Virus record (IMG/VR): IMGVR_UViG_3300005066_000001
Reading direction: 5' to 3' (one strand)
Length of the DNA: 64,000 bases
From: a virus
This document shows, piece after piece, positions 46,523 through 55,932 of the stretch (position 1 is its first letter; each line of letters starts with the position of its first letter). The notes beneath the pieces were generated by a model. The model searched no databases and was not told the DNA's origin. It was given only the letters and a program-made list of their open reading frames with translations. The position numbers and the translations under genes are program-made.

Positions 46523-48781
46523 TTGATTAAAAGTGTAATCAAACGTAATGGTGAAGTTGTTGAGTTCGACCCAAACAAACTGAATAAGTGGGCTGAGTGG
46601 GCCAGTGAATCTAAAGTATCTTGGTCAGAAATTGTAATGAGTGCAACTAAGAAACTGTCCGATATGTGCTCTACCAAAGATATCCACAAGGCGCTTATTG
46701 ACACCTGTCTTGAAAAGGCAACATACCAACATGCAGATGTTGCAGCACGACTCCTTGTTGGGGATATCTATAAAGAAGTGTTTGGTGATTTTGTAGAACC
46801 ACCCTCTCTTTTTGAGTTCTATACAAAAATGGTAGAATCAGAAAAGTGGATTGACATGGAGTACGTTGAAGAAGAACTTGACGAAATTGATTCTTTTGTT
46901 ATCCACAATAAAGATTTCGGATACCAATACTCAAGCCTTCGTCAAATGTGTGATAAATACATGCTTAAAAACAAGCATACTGGACAACTGTTTGAATCAC
47001 CTCAGTTTATGTATGTGGGTATTGCTCTGGCGGCTATGCAGAATCAACCACAAGAGCGGAGAGTTGAAGATGTAATCAAACTGTACACCTATCTGTCAGA
47101 TTTGAAGATTAATGTTCCAACACCAACTCTTTCTGGTATGAGAACTAAGTTTAAAGGTTATGCAAGTTGCTGTTTGTTTACTACGCACGATACAGCAGAG
47201 AGTATTGAAGTAGGTAGCCACATTGCCTATATGATGACTTGCGCATCAGCAGGGATTGGTGGTTACATGCATACTCGTTCAGTAAAAGACCCTGTTCGTG
47301 GTGGCGACATTGTACACTATGGTAAACTACCTTACCTTCGGTACTACGAAAGTGCTGTCAAATCTACAAAGCAAGCAGTACGTGGCGGTAGTGCAACAAT
47401 GCACATTAATATTCTAGATCCTGAAATTGAAGATTTGATTCGTCTAAAACATCCAACTACACCGACACAAAAACAGATTCGTGGGTTGGATTATAGTAAC
47501 AGCATGAACAAACTGTTTATTCAGAAAGTTGCTAAGAACGAGCAGTGGATGTTAATTAGTCCATACTACGCTCAAGATTTGTATGATAAGTTTTATAGTT
47601 CAGATTATGAAGGTTTTGTTGAACTGTATGACAAATACGACAAATCAGATATTAAAGAAAAGAAGTATGTCAATGCTCGTGAATTGGCAATTGATATTCA
47701 AAAGAACTGGCGTGAATCTGGTCGAACATACAAGACATTTATTGACGAGATTAATCGACATACTCCATTTAAAGAGCCAATCTACAGCTCAAATTTATGC
47801 CAAGAAATCACGCTACCTACAAAAGGATTTAAGAGTATTGTAGATTTGTATGGAACAGATGGTGATGCAGGAGAAGTAGCATTGTGTTTTATTGGTGCAA
47901 TTGTAGCAGGACGTGTTACACAAGAAGAGTACGAAGATGTTGCTTATTATACAACCTTACTAATCGACAACACTATTGACTTGATGGAATACCCATTCCC
48001 CCAGATGGAAGTAACAGCAAAAGCTCGCAGAAGTATTGGTGTTGGTATTGTTAACCTAGCAAACTATCTTGCATCACAGAATGCAGGTTATACAAGCAAT
48101 AAAGGTAAACGTCTTATTCACGAACTAGCAGAAATGCACAGCTACTATATGCACAAAGCTTCTCTTCGTCTTGCAAAAGAAAAGGGTAATGCAGAATGGA
48201 TTGGTAAAACTAAATATCCTAAAGGTTGGTTGCCTATTGACACATACAATAAAAATGTAGATGATGTTGTTGATAGTTCGTTGGTATTTGACTGGGAACA
48301 GTTACGACAAGAAATTATTGAACAAGGCGGGTTGCGCAATAGTGTCCTTGAGGCACACATGCCCGGAGAAAGTAGTTCTCTAGCATCAAACACAACTAAC
48401 GGTCTTTATCCAATTCGTAGTGAACTGATTATTAAATCTTCGGATATAAACAAAATTCCAGTGTTTGTACCAGATTATGATAATTTGATTACTCGATACA
48501 GTTACGAGAAGTGTTGGGATGTCCCATTTAAGGACTTGGTAGACATGTATGCAATTGTTCAGAAGTTCTGTGGGCAAGCTATTAGTGCTGACTTTTATTT
48601 CGATACCTCTAAATATCAAGATGGTAAGATCGGTACGAAGGAAGACTTGACGAACTTGCTATATATGTGTAAGATGGGACTCAAGACTCATTATTACTGC
48701 AATACAAAATCCAAATCCGATGAAGTTGAGCAACTGACTTCGCAAGAATCTGGTTGTGCGTCAGGTGGTTGCAGTTTGTAA
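46523..48781 (+). CDS. nrdA: ribonucleotide reductase class I alpha subunit
   Basis: 752 aa; N-terminal ATP-cone (VIKRNGEVVEFDPNKL); C-terminal Cys pair (GCASGGCSL); nrdB downstream. TTG start after GGAGGAATAA. Confidence 0.7.
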   Translation: MIKSVIKRNGEVVEFDPNKLNKWAEWASESKVSWSEIVMSATKKLSDMCSTKDIHKALIDTCLEKATYQHADVAARLLVGDIYKEVFGDFVEPPSLFEFYTKMVESEKWIDMEYVEEELDEIDSFVIHNKDFGYQYSSLRQMCDKYMLKNKHTGQLFESPQFMYVGIALAAMQNQPQERRVEDVIKLYTYLSDLKINVPTPTLSGMRTKFKGYASCCLFTTHDTAESIEVGSHIAYMMTCASAGIGGYMHTRSVKDPVRGGDIVHYGKLPYLRYYESAVKSTKQAVRGGSATMHINILDPEIEDLIRLKHPTTPTQKQIRGLDYSNSMNKLFIQKVAKNEQWMLISPYYAQDLYDKFYSSDYEGFVELYDKYDKSDIKEKKYVNARELAIDIQKNWRESGRTYKTFIDEINRHTPFKEPIYSSNLCQEITLPTKGFKSIVDLYGTDGDAGEVALCFIGAIVAGRVTQEEYEDVAYYTTLLIDNTIDLMEYPFPQMEVTAKARRSIGVGIVNLANYLASQNAGYTSNKGKRLIHELAEMHSYYMHKASLRLAKEKGNAEWIGKTKYPKGWLPIDTYNKNVDDVVDSSLVFDWEQLRQEIIEQGGLRNSVLEAHMPGESSSLASNTTNGLYPIRSELIIKSSDINKIPVFVPDYDNLITRYSYEKCWDVPFKDLVDMYAIVQKFCGQAISADFYFDTSKYQDGKIGTKEDLTNLLYMCKMGLKTHYYCNTKSKSDEVEQLTSQESGCASGGCSL

Positions 48782-48795
48782 GTTGTAAACAAGAG

Positions 48796-48820
48796 GAGGC
48801 TTATAATGAGCCTCTTTTAT
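48796..48820 (+). terminator. rho-independent terminator after nrdA
   Basis: GAGGCT-TATAATG-AGCCTC then TTTTAT. Confidence 0.5.
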
Positions 48821-48832
48821 TATGGATTTGTA

Positions 48833-48861
48833 TTGACATTTTCAAATTAAGGTAGTATAAT
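48833..48861 (+). promoter_or_regulatory. consensus sigma70 promoter (TTGACA-17-TATAAT)
   Basis: ttgaca / ttttcaaattaaggtag / tataat, 32 nt upstream of the 48893 gene. Confidence 0.55.
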
Positions 48862-48892
48862 GCAAGTTCATAGTAAAAGGAGGTAGAATTAA

Positions 48893-49753
48893 GTGGCTGA
48901 AAATAAGAAGAAACAACAAAAAGCTGAAGATTTTATAGGTGAGACGTTTAATAATGGCAGATTAAGGGTTGTAGGAATTGCAGGTAAGGATAAATGGGGA
49001 ATTTCATTATTTAAAGTAACTTGTACTGAATGTTCTAAAGATCCTGAACTGTTTCCAGATGGTTATTTTGTTAGTACAAAAAGTAACCTGAAGAATGGGC
49101 GGAAACCCTGCGGTTGTTCTAAGTACGAATGGGAAGATTGGCAATATCTGATTCTTGCTCGTAGAGCAGGAGAAGAGAAAGGATTTGTTGTTCATGGTTT
49201 TGCAGAAGAGTTTCATGGGGCATATACAAAACTAAACCTAGAATGTTTAAAAGACAGTTATAAGTGGACTGCAAGTATTGATAATGTAATCAATAACGGC
49301 AGATGTTGTCCTAAGTGTTCTGGAAATGCCAGACCAACAGAACAAGAAGCCCTGCAAAAATGTATTGATATCTGCAAAGAAATGGATTACGATGCTGTTG
49401 GCTTTGTTGGTGGATATAAAAATAACCGTTCTCATTTTGAATACAATTGTAAGATTCACGGAAAACAGGGTGTCAGCTATCACAATTTTGTAAACAATGG
49501 GACACGTTGTGGTGGTTGTTGGAAAGATAGGCAAGTTGAATTACTAAGAGATAACGGAAACGGCAACGGATACTATCCCGAAAGAAAAGATGAAATTGAT
49601 TTTCTTTATGTCTTAGACTTCAATGGTAAATTCATCAAAGTTGGAAGATCTTTTATTGTTGACGATAGGATTAAGAAGTTAAGGTCTTTATCTAAAATTA
49701 AAAAGATCTATAAATTGAGGACCTTTTACAGCAACACATCAAGAGATTTATGA
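48893..49753 (+). CDS. Zn-ribbon/GIY-YIG-like homing-endonuclease-like protein, copy 1 (C-terminus frameshifted)
   Basis: Paralog of 60545-61543 (same N-terminus MxENKKKQQKAEDFIG, CxxC repeats, YVLDFNGKFIKVGRS GIY-YIG-like segment). Relative to copy 2, one extra T in a T-run near 49726 shifts the last ~45 codons into another frame (continues to 49893). Confidence 0.5.
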   Translation: MAENKKKQQKAEDFIGETFNNGRLRVVGIAGKDKWGISLFKVTCTECSKDPELFPDGYFVSTKSNLKNGRKPCGCSKYEWEDWQYLILARRAGEEKGFVVHGFAEEFHGAYTKLNLECLKDSYKWTASIDNVINNGRCCPKCSGNARPTEQEALQKCIDICKEMDYDAVGFVGGYKNNRSHFEYNCKIHGKQGVSYHNFVNNGTRCGGCWKDRQVELLRDNGNGNGYYPERKDEIDFLYVLDFNGKFIKVGRSFIVDDRIKKLRSLSKIKKIYKLRTFYSNTSRDL

Positions 49754-49921
49754 CTACGAACAAGAGCTACATACTGAACTACGAGAAAGAAATTTCCAAC
49801 ATTATGTAGATTGGAGTACAGAGTGTTTTGATAATGACTGTCAATACACTCTAAACAAACTTCTTGACAACTGTGATTTAGAAGAAGTAAAATAACATAA
49901 ATTGAATAAAGGAGGAAATAA

Positions 49922-51007
49922 ATGGCAGTTTTTAATTATGAAAATACTCAACGACACGAAGGGCACTACCCTCTATTCCTTGGGCAGCAACCAGCACTTC
50001 ACGATAGCATCAACACAACATACCCACAGATCTTTAAACTTTACAAGAAACTGAAGTCTGTTGACTGGAGTGAAGATGAGGTTGACCTTCAACAATCCCG
50101 CTTCGATTTCGAGAATTGCCCAAAGAATCAATACGAAGTAATGGTTAAAACTCTGGCCTATCAGTGGGAGCTTGATAGCATTGCTTCTCGTTCTATTGCA
50201 CCGCTTCTTGCACCATTTGTATCAAATAGTGAATATTGGGCAGCAGCTTCTTATGTATCGCAAAATGAAGTGCTTCACAGTTTAACATATTCCGAAATTG
50301 GTCGACAGTGTTTCAAGAATCCAGAAGTATTGTTTGCTGAAGTAGAGAGAAATGAAGTTACTGAACGTGGCTATGATTTTGGTATCGTGTTCAAAGAACT
50401 TGAACAACTTGGTGCTAAGTATAATCTTGGTCTTGTAGATAAAAATGACCCAATCGTCAAAGAAACTATTGCAAAAACATTAGTAGCCCTGTATGCTCTT
50501 GAAGGTATTAGTTTCATGGCATCGTTTGCTTGCACATTTGCACTAGCACAACAAGATTTGTTTATCGGTGTTGCCAAATTAGTTCAGAAAATTATGATCG
50601 ATGAACAATATCATACCCAACTTGATAAAATTGTTATTGAGACCCTACAAAACGACCCTGAATGGAAGCAAACATTTAAAGATATTAAACCTTGGACAAA
50701 AGAATATCTTGACAAGGTTGTACAGCGAGAGCTAAACTGGAACGAATACTTGTTCTCAGAAGGGCGTAGTATTCTGGGCTTGAACAAGCAACTATTGGAT
50801 GAGTGGGTTGTTTGGTCTGCAACCCCATTGTACAAAGTGTTGAATGTTCATAATGACAATGTAGTTCCCGAATCCCACCCAATTCCTTGGTTGAATGACT
50901 GGATTGACATTGACTCCCATCAAGTAGCAGCACAAGAAGCTACTATTGTCAATTATGTTTTGAATGCAACTAAAGATGACCTTGGGGATGATGAATTAGA
51001 GTTTTAA
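49922..51007 (+). CDS. nrdB: ribonucleotide reductase class I beta subunit
   Basis: 361 aa, directly follows the nrdA region; ferritin-like di-iron helices; acidic C-terminal tail (DDLGDDELEF) typical of R2. Confidence 0.6.
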   Translation: MAVFNYENTQRHEGHYPLFLGQQPALHDSINTTYPQIFKLYKKLKSVDWSEDEVDLQQSRFDFENCPKNQYEVMVKTLAYQWELDSIASRSIAPLLAPFVSNSEYWAAASYVSQNEVLHSLTYSEIGRQCFKNPEVLFAEVERNEVTERGYDFGIVFKELEQLGAKYNLGLVDKNDPIVKETIAKTLVALYALEGISFMASFACTFALAQQDLFIGVAKLVQKIMIDEQYHTQLDKIVIETLQNDPEWKQTFKDIKPWTKEYLDKVVQRELNWNEYLFSEGRSILGLNKQLLDEWVVWSATPLYKVLNVHNDNVVPESHPIPWLNDWIDIDSHQVAAQEATIVNYVLNATKDDLGDDELEF

Positions 51008-51010
51008 ATG

Positions 51011-51039
51011 TTGACAAAGCACATGGAAGTGCTTATAAT
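51011..51039 (+). promoter_or_regulatory. consensus sigma70 promoter (TTGACA-17-TATAAT)
   Basis: ttgaca / aagcacatggaagtgct / tataat, upstream of the glutaredoxin-like gene. Confidence 0.55.
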
Positions 51040-51081
51040 TAATTTAATATTTACAGCATCAAATAACAAAAGGAGAAAATT

Positions 51082-51357
51082 ATGAATAAAGAAAGTGATA
51101 TCGTTGTTGCACAAAATACTTTTATTGTATATGGTGGTGCAGGTTGTAGTAATTGCCAGCAGGTAGTTCAATTGTTGAACCAAAAGAACAAGGCTTTTAT
51201 CTACAAATCCTTCGGAGAAGATTACGAGCTTCAAGAGTTGATCGATCTTGGGGTCAATTCTAGGAGTATCCCGCAAGTATTTGTCATGGGAGAAGGAAAT
51301 GTTCTGAAACATGTTGGTGGTTTGATGGAAGTTGTTCGTTTTCTGAAAGATAGTTGA
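51082..51357 (+). CDS. glutaredoxin/NrdH-like redoxin
   Basis: 91 aa; CxxC active site (GAGCSNCQQ) and thioredoxin-fold length. Sits between nrdB and nrdD. Confidence 0.55.
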   Translation: MNKESDIVVAQNTFIVYGGAGCSNCQQVVQLLNQKNKAFIYKSFGEDYELQELIDLGVNSRSIPQVFVMGEGNVLKHVGGLMEVVRFLKDS

Positions 51358-51433
51358 TTTGAATCAATGTCAAAACATGAAAATGTGATAAAATAGATGT
51401 CCACATACAATAACAAAGAGGAAATTATTTTAG

Positions 51434-53212
51434 ATGTTCACTAAGCTAACGGAAAAACAACTTAATAATAAAATCAAATATATCCACCAATACATTGATG
51501 CAGAAAATGCAGCAACAGGGAGTAAATTTAATAGTAATTCAAATGTAACCATGAAGAATGTTACAACACTACAAGGAAGTTTGTACGAAGACTTCGGTAT
51601 TCAACTCCATCGTAAAACAACTTACGATAAAATTGAAGAAATGTTTGGTAAAGACCTTGCAGAACAGTGCCTTAAGGACCTAGAAGAACATCGTATTTAC
51701 GTACATGATGAAACTAATCCGGTCTTCGGCTATTGTGCCTCAATCTCTATTTTCCCAATGGTCACAGAAGGATTGAAAAGTCTCGGTGGAATGAGCAATG
51801 CACCAAAGAATATTTTTAGTTTTATTGACCAACTTTGTTCTACTGTTTATCTTGTTAGTGCTCAAATTGCTGGTGCAGTAGGTGTACCGGAAGCTTTAGT
51901 TTATGCAGATTACTATTTCCGTAAATCTTTTGGTAATAATTATCATGAAAATGAGCTAACAAAACAACTACTCCAAGGTTTGATTTATAAACTCAATGAA
52001 CCATCGGGCGCTAGGTCATATCAATCCCCCTTTACTAACTTTTTGATTTACGACAAATATTATTTTGAAGCAGTGTTCGGTCAAATGGTTTATCCTGATT
52101 TTACACAACCTGTTTGGAACAGTATTAGTAAACTTCAAAAATTGTTTGTTGAGACCCTAGACAAAGAACGTGATAACGGTATTATTACTTTCCCTGTTGT
52201 AACATTTAGTATGCTGACAGAGAATGGTAGCCCGAAAGATAAAGAGTACCACAACTATGCAGCACAACAATTGCACAAAGGAAATAGTTTCTTTATTTAT
52301 CTGAGCGATAACCCTGACAGTATTTCGAGCTGTTGCCGCCTTGCTAATAAAACTAATTTCAAAGAGTTTGCAAATAGTTCTGGTGTTGGTGGTGTTAAAG
52401 TAGGTAGTGTTGGTGTGATTACCATTGACTTTAATCGAATCTATCAGACAATGAACGAAAAAGAGATTAAAGAACAGGTTAAACGTGTTCATAAGTATCT
52501 CGCAGCACGTCGAGCGTTTATTGCAGAGCTTGATGATAAAGGTATGATTCCTATTTATAAAGCTGGGTACATTGAGCTTGATAAACTATACTCAACAGTG
52601 GGTCTTGGCGGTTTGGTGGAGGCTGCTGAATATCACGGTTATACTCCGATCCATAAAGACAAAGATTATATGAACTTTATGGAAAACGTGTTGGTTATGG
52701 TTGAACAGCTTAATTCTGAAGCACAAGAGTACTTTGGTTTCAAAATCAATGCAGAGCAAGCTCCACTAGAGTCAGCAGGGTATAAACTTGCACAATGGGC
52801 AAAAGAAGATGGTTTGAAAGTTAACCGTGATGTTTATACAAGCTATATGTATGTTCCGTCTGACAATACTAATTTTATGGATAAACTTATTGCTCACGGA
52901 AAACAACTTACATCTAAAACTTCCGGTGGTAGTGCAGCACACATTAATCTTGAAGATTTGTTGACAGAACAACAATATTATGCAATTATTGAAGCATCAG
53001 CACAACTTGGTGTGCCATACTTCTGTTTCAATACTAAAATGACTATTTGTAATGATTGTGAACACATCTCGAGGACAACAGATCGTTACTGCAAGAAATG
53101 TGGTTCATCGGACGTAGATTCCGCCACACGAGTGGTTGGTTATTTGAAACGAGTTACTAACTTCTCTTCTGCACGACAACAAGAAGAGTCAACAAGACAT
53201 TATGCAAAATAA
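51434..53212 (+). CDS. nrdD: anaerobic ribonucleoside-triphosphate reductase
   Basis: 592 aa; C-terminal zinc ribbon (CNDCEH...CKKCGS) followed by glycyl-radical motif TRVVGYL. Confidence 0.65.
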   Translation: MFTKLTEKQLNNKIKYIHQYIDAENAATGSKFNSNSNVTMKNVTTLQGSLYEDFGIQLHRKTTYDKIEEMFGKDLAEQCLKDLEEHRIYVHDETNPVFGYCASISIFPMVTEGLKSLGGMSNAPKNIFSFIDQLCSTVYLVSAQIAGAVGVPEALVYADYYFRKSFGNNYHENELTKQLLQGLIYKLNEPSGARSYQSPFTNFLIYDKYYFEAVFGQMVYPDFTQPVWNSISKLQKLFVETLDKERDNGIITFPVVTFSMLTENGSPKDKEYHNYAAQQLHKGNSFFIYLSDNPDSISSCCRLANKTNFKEFANSSGVGGVKVGSVGVITIDFNRIYQTMNEKEIKEQVKRVHKYLAARRAFIAELDDKGMIPIYKAGYIELDKLYSTVGLGGLVEAAEYHGYTPIHKDKDYMNFMENVLVMVEQLNSEAQEYFGFKINAEQAPLESAGYKLAQWAKEDGLKVNRDVYTSYMYVPSDNTNFMDKLIAHGKQLTSKTSGGSAAHINLEDLLTEQQYYAIIEASAQLGVPYFCFNTKMTICNDCEHISRTTDRYCKKCGSSDVDSATRVVGYLKRVTNFSSARQQEESTRHYAK

Positions 53213-53261
53213 TTGTTAACCCGACTTGAATCTTTAAGTCCAAACTGGTAACATAAATTAT

Positions 53262-53289
53262 GGCTTGTTAACTCTGACAAGCCTTTTAT
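53262..53289 (+). terminator. rho-independent terminator after nrdD
   Basis: GGCTTGT-TAACTCTG-ACAAGCC then TTTTAT. Confidence 0.5.
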
Positions 53290-53467
53290 AAAACAAAGGA
53301 GAATAAATAATGGCTACACGCAAGCAAGCACGTAAAACATTCCAACGTGAACTACAAAAATCTCTTCGTCAGAACACAAAGAAAACTAAACAGCAACGTC
53401 AACCTTCACAGGAACATCAACTGTTTAGTGAACTTGATAACACTTTTAAAGACTAAGGAGAAAATAA

Positions 53468-53869
53468 TTGGAACAAAACAATGAACTAAAGACTAAACTA
53501 ATTTCTGAATATGTAGATCAGTACAGCCAAGAGTACATTGATTCTCAAGTAGAAACAGAAATGATGATTTTTGAAACGTTCGAACAACTAATGGGGGAAT
53601 ATCACAAGAATAGTAAAGAATACAAAAACGCTAAAAGTGAATATGACAAACAGGTGAAAGTTCTTGAATACTTTAAATCTAATAGTTTTGCCGAACTGTA
53701 CAAAGAGCAATACAAGAAAGAAATGGAAGTCCTGACTCTTGAGCAAGTTCAACATCTGATTATGCAACAAGAACTAATTTTCAAAGTAAAAGGTATTTCT
53801 AAGAACATGACAACTATGATTGTTGATCTTGCGGAAAATATCTCTGGTGAACAGAAACTATCGGCATAG
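53468..53869 (+). CDS. hypothetical protein
   Basis: 133 aa, no Cys, so not NrdG. TTG start after AAGGAGAAAATAA. Confidence 0.4.
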   Translation: MEQNNELKTKLISEYVDQYSQEYIDSQVETEMMIFETFEQLMGEYHKNSKEYKNAKSEYDKQVKVLEYFKSNSFAELYKEQYKKEMEVLTLEQVQHLIMQQELIFKVKGISKNMTTMIVDLAENISGEQKLSA

Positions 53870-53877
53870 GAGGTTAA

Positions 53878-54294
53878 ATGTTTAAACTATCACAACGTAG
53901 TTTGAATCGGCTTGTTGGAGTTAATGAAAATTTGGTTAACGTTGTAAAACGTGCAATTGAAATCAGTGAAGTAGATTTCATGGTTATCGAAGGTCTTCGT
54001 ACAAAACAGCGACAAGAGGAGCTGTATGCACAAGGACGAACCAAACCCGGAAAGGTTGTCACATGGACGATGAAATCTAAGCATATTGATGGGCTGGCCG
54101 TTGATATTGCTCCCTGCAATAAAGATGGAAGTATTAACTGGAACGACTTGAAAATGTTTGATAAAATGGCTGATGCAATGTTTAAAGCCGCTAAGGAACT
54201 AAACATCAACATTCGATGGGGCCGTGATTGGGACATGGACGGTATCAGGGGAGAAAAAGGTGAAACTGATTCCCCTCACTTTGAGTTAGTATAG
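53878..54294 (+). CDS. peptidase M15 (L-alanyl-D-glutamate / D-Ala-D-Ala carboxypeptidase-type) endolysin
   Basis: Zinc-ligand motifs SKHIDGLAVDI and DSPHFE (the SxHxxGxAxD ... DxxH pattern of the VanY/M15 family). Size as in T5-type endolysins. Confidence 0.6.
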   Translation: MFKLSQRSLNRLVGVNENLVNVVKRAIEISEVDFMVIEGLRTKQRQEELYAQGRTKPGKVVTWTMKSKHIDGLAVDIAPCNKDGSINWNDLKMFDKMADAMFKAAKELNINIRWGRDWDMDGIRGEKGETDSPHFELV

Positions 54295-54296
54295 TT

Positions 54297-54566
54297 ATGA
54301 AAATAAATAAAGATAGCTACCAAATACTTAAGAAATATTCAGACGACATTATCTATGATGATAAATATGAAGCAACATTGAAGCAATGGTTAGATTCTTA
54401 TGGTGCAAATATTCGCTCTGAACTAGATGAAGATGGGAACTATTGTGACCTAATTACTTTTGGTTCTGCCTATGCTGTGTGGAAGATGATGGAGAGATTT
54501 AGGAAACAAGTTGTTCGTGAAACTCTGGGTTTGTTGGTAGAAGGACAAGAAAATGATGCACTATAG
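54297..54566 (+). CDS. hypothetical protein
   Basis: 89-aa ORF. Confidence 0.4.
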   Translation: MKINKDSYQILKKYSDDIIYDDKYEATLKQWLDSYGANIRSELDEDGNYCDLITFGSAYAVWKMMERFRKQVVRETLGLLVEGQENDAL

Positions 54567-54581
54567 CGGAGGTTTAAAAGT

Positions 54582-54962
54582 ATGTCTGTACCTCTAGATA
54601 AAATTGTGTCCAGCATGACAGATGCAGATTGGTTGCAAGTACATGTAATATCGCAAGTTAATCTCTTCGAGACAAAATTCAATACTCGAATTGATTCACA
54701 AGACATCGAAGATGTTTGCAAGATTGTTGCAGATATGAAACTTCCAGAAGGGTTGGATACATATATTGCAATGTTGTTTTTGTTACCGTCTATTCATAAT
54801 GATTATGTTTATGCAGATATTGCTAAACTAAAGATGCAAGGGTTGACATTAGGTTTAGATATGTTAACATACATGTATAGTCAATTTTGTATCACAGATG
54901 GTTATGATGAACAAGTAGCTTTTATTTTTAAGAATTGCATTCAGCATACAATTCCATTCTAA
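54582..54962 (+). CDS. hypothetical protein
   Basis: 126-aa ORF; RBS GGAGGTTTAAAAGTATG. Confidence 0.4.
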   Translation: MSVPLDKIVSSMTDADWLQVHVISQVNLFETKFNTRIDSQDIEDVCKIVADMKLPEGLDTYIAMLFLLPSIHNDYVYADIAKLKMQGLTLGLDMLTYMYSQFCITDGYDEQVAFIFKNCIQHTIPF

Positions 54963-55016
54963 AGAGTAGTGTTAAACACACAATTCCATTTTAATCAACA
55001 CCAAGGAGGTGTTATA

Positions 55017-55805
55017 GTGAGAGAAGATTATTGGTCTGACGCACACGAGCAAGATTCCAGTTTTCAACAACATAAAGAGGTGAATAAAAAGATGAAAGGA
55101 CGCAACAATACTCCTAACACTTTTAAAGCGAAAACAGATAGTAATAGGGACACAACACCTCTTCGTCCGATGAATGACCGTCAAGCAGAGTACATTGACG
55201 CTATTTACAACCATGCCGTGGTTATTGCCACTGGTGTTTGGGGGTCAAGTAAAACATACATCCCGTCTGTTATTGCTTGTGATATGTTGCTTGCCAAAAA
55301 GATTGACAAAATTGTAGTAGCTCGTCCCGCAGAAGGTAAGGCTAAATCTGTAGGGTTCTATAAAGGAACTAAGAACGAAAAACTCGAAGGTTGGGTGGCT
55401 CCAATTGCAGATGTATTTAAGAAGCGACTGGGTATCGGGCACTACGAAGCTTATGTTGAAAATGGGAAGATTGAACTACTCTCACTTGAACAAGTGAAGG
55501 GTCGTTCTTGGGACAACACCTTTGTAATTGTGGATGAAGCTGAAGATTTGGCCCCAGAGGTAGCTAAATCTCTTGTAGGACGGCAAGGTGTAAATTCTAT
55601 CACAGTGATCACTGGGGATATTGACCAAAAAGATCTTAAAAGTTATAGTGGACTAGAGCTGTTACTCGAAGTTTCAAAGTACGGTAACATTGATATGAGT
55701 ATTATTGATTTTGATAAATGGGAATACTGTGTACGTTCTCAAGAAGCAAAAGCTTGGGGTATGGCATTTGAGAAATATGAGCGCCGAAATGGTAGAGTAA
55801 AATAA
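55017..55805 (+). CDS. phoH: PhoH-like ATPase
   Basis: P-loop VVIATGVWGSSKTY and the DEAQN-like FVIVDEAEDL. Start taken as GTG at 55017, after CAAGGAGGTGTTATA, within the tracked frame 54969-55805. Confidence 0.55.
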   Translation: MREDYWSDAHEQDSSFQQHKEVNKKMKGRNNTPNTFKAKTDSNRDTTPLRPMNDRQAEYIDAIYNHAVVIATGVWGSSKTYIPSVIACDMLLAKKIDKIVVARPAEGKAKSVGFYKGTKNEKLEGWVAPIADVFKKRLGIGHYEAYVENGKIELLSLEQVKGRSWDNTFVIVDEAEDLAPEVAKSLVGRQGVNSITVITGDIDQKDLKSYSGLELLLEVSKYGNIDMSIIDFDKWEYCVRSQEAKAWGMAFEKYERRNGRVK

Positions 55806-55824
55806 AGTGTTTATATAAGATGAA

Positions 55825-55850
55825 GCGACCCAAGAGGTCGCTTTTATTTT
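55825..55850 (+). terminator. rho-independent terminator after phoH
   Basis: GCGACC-CAAGA-GGTCGC then TTTTATTTT. Confidence 0.55.
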
Positions 55851-55885
55851 GCTTCAATAGTAAGGAAGAATCTTACCCAAAATAC

Positions 55886-55914
55886 TTGACATTTTGTGCC
55901 AAAACTGATAAAAT
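55886..55914 (+). promoter_or_regulatory. sigma70-like promoter (TTGACA-17-TAAAAT)
   Basis: ttgaca / ttttgtgccaaaactga / taaaat, upstream of the HNH-AP2 gene. Confidence 0.5.
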
Positions 55915-55932
55915 ATTCTTTTGTAATCAAAA

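Noticed and set aside
53311-53457. 48-codon ORF after nrdD as a candidate NrdG activase
   Set aside because: It is too short and lacks the CxxxCxxC radical-SAM cluster. It is Lys/Gln-rich and possibly a small basic protein, and it is not listed as a feature.
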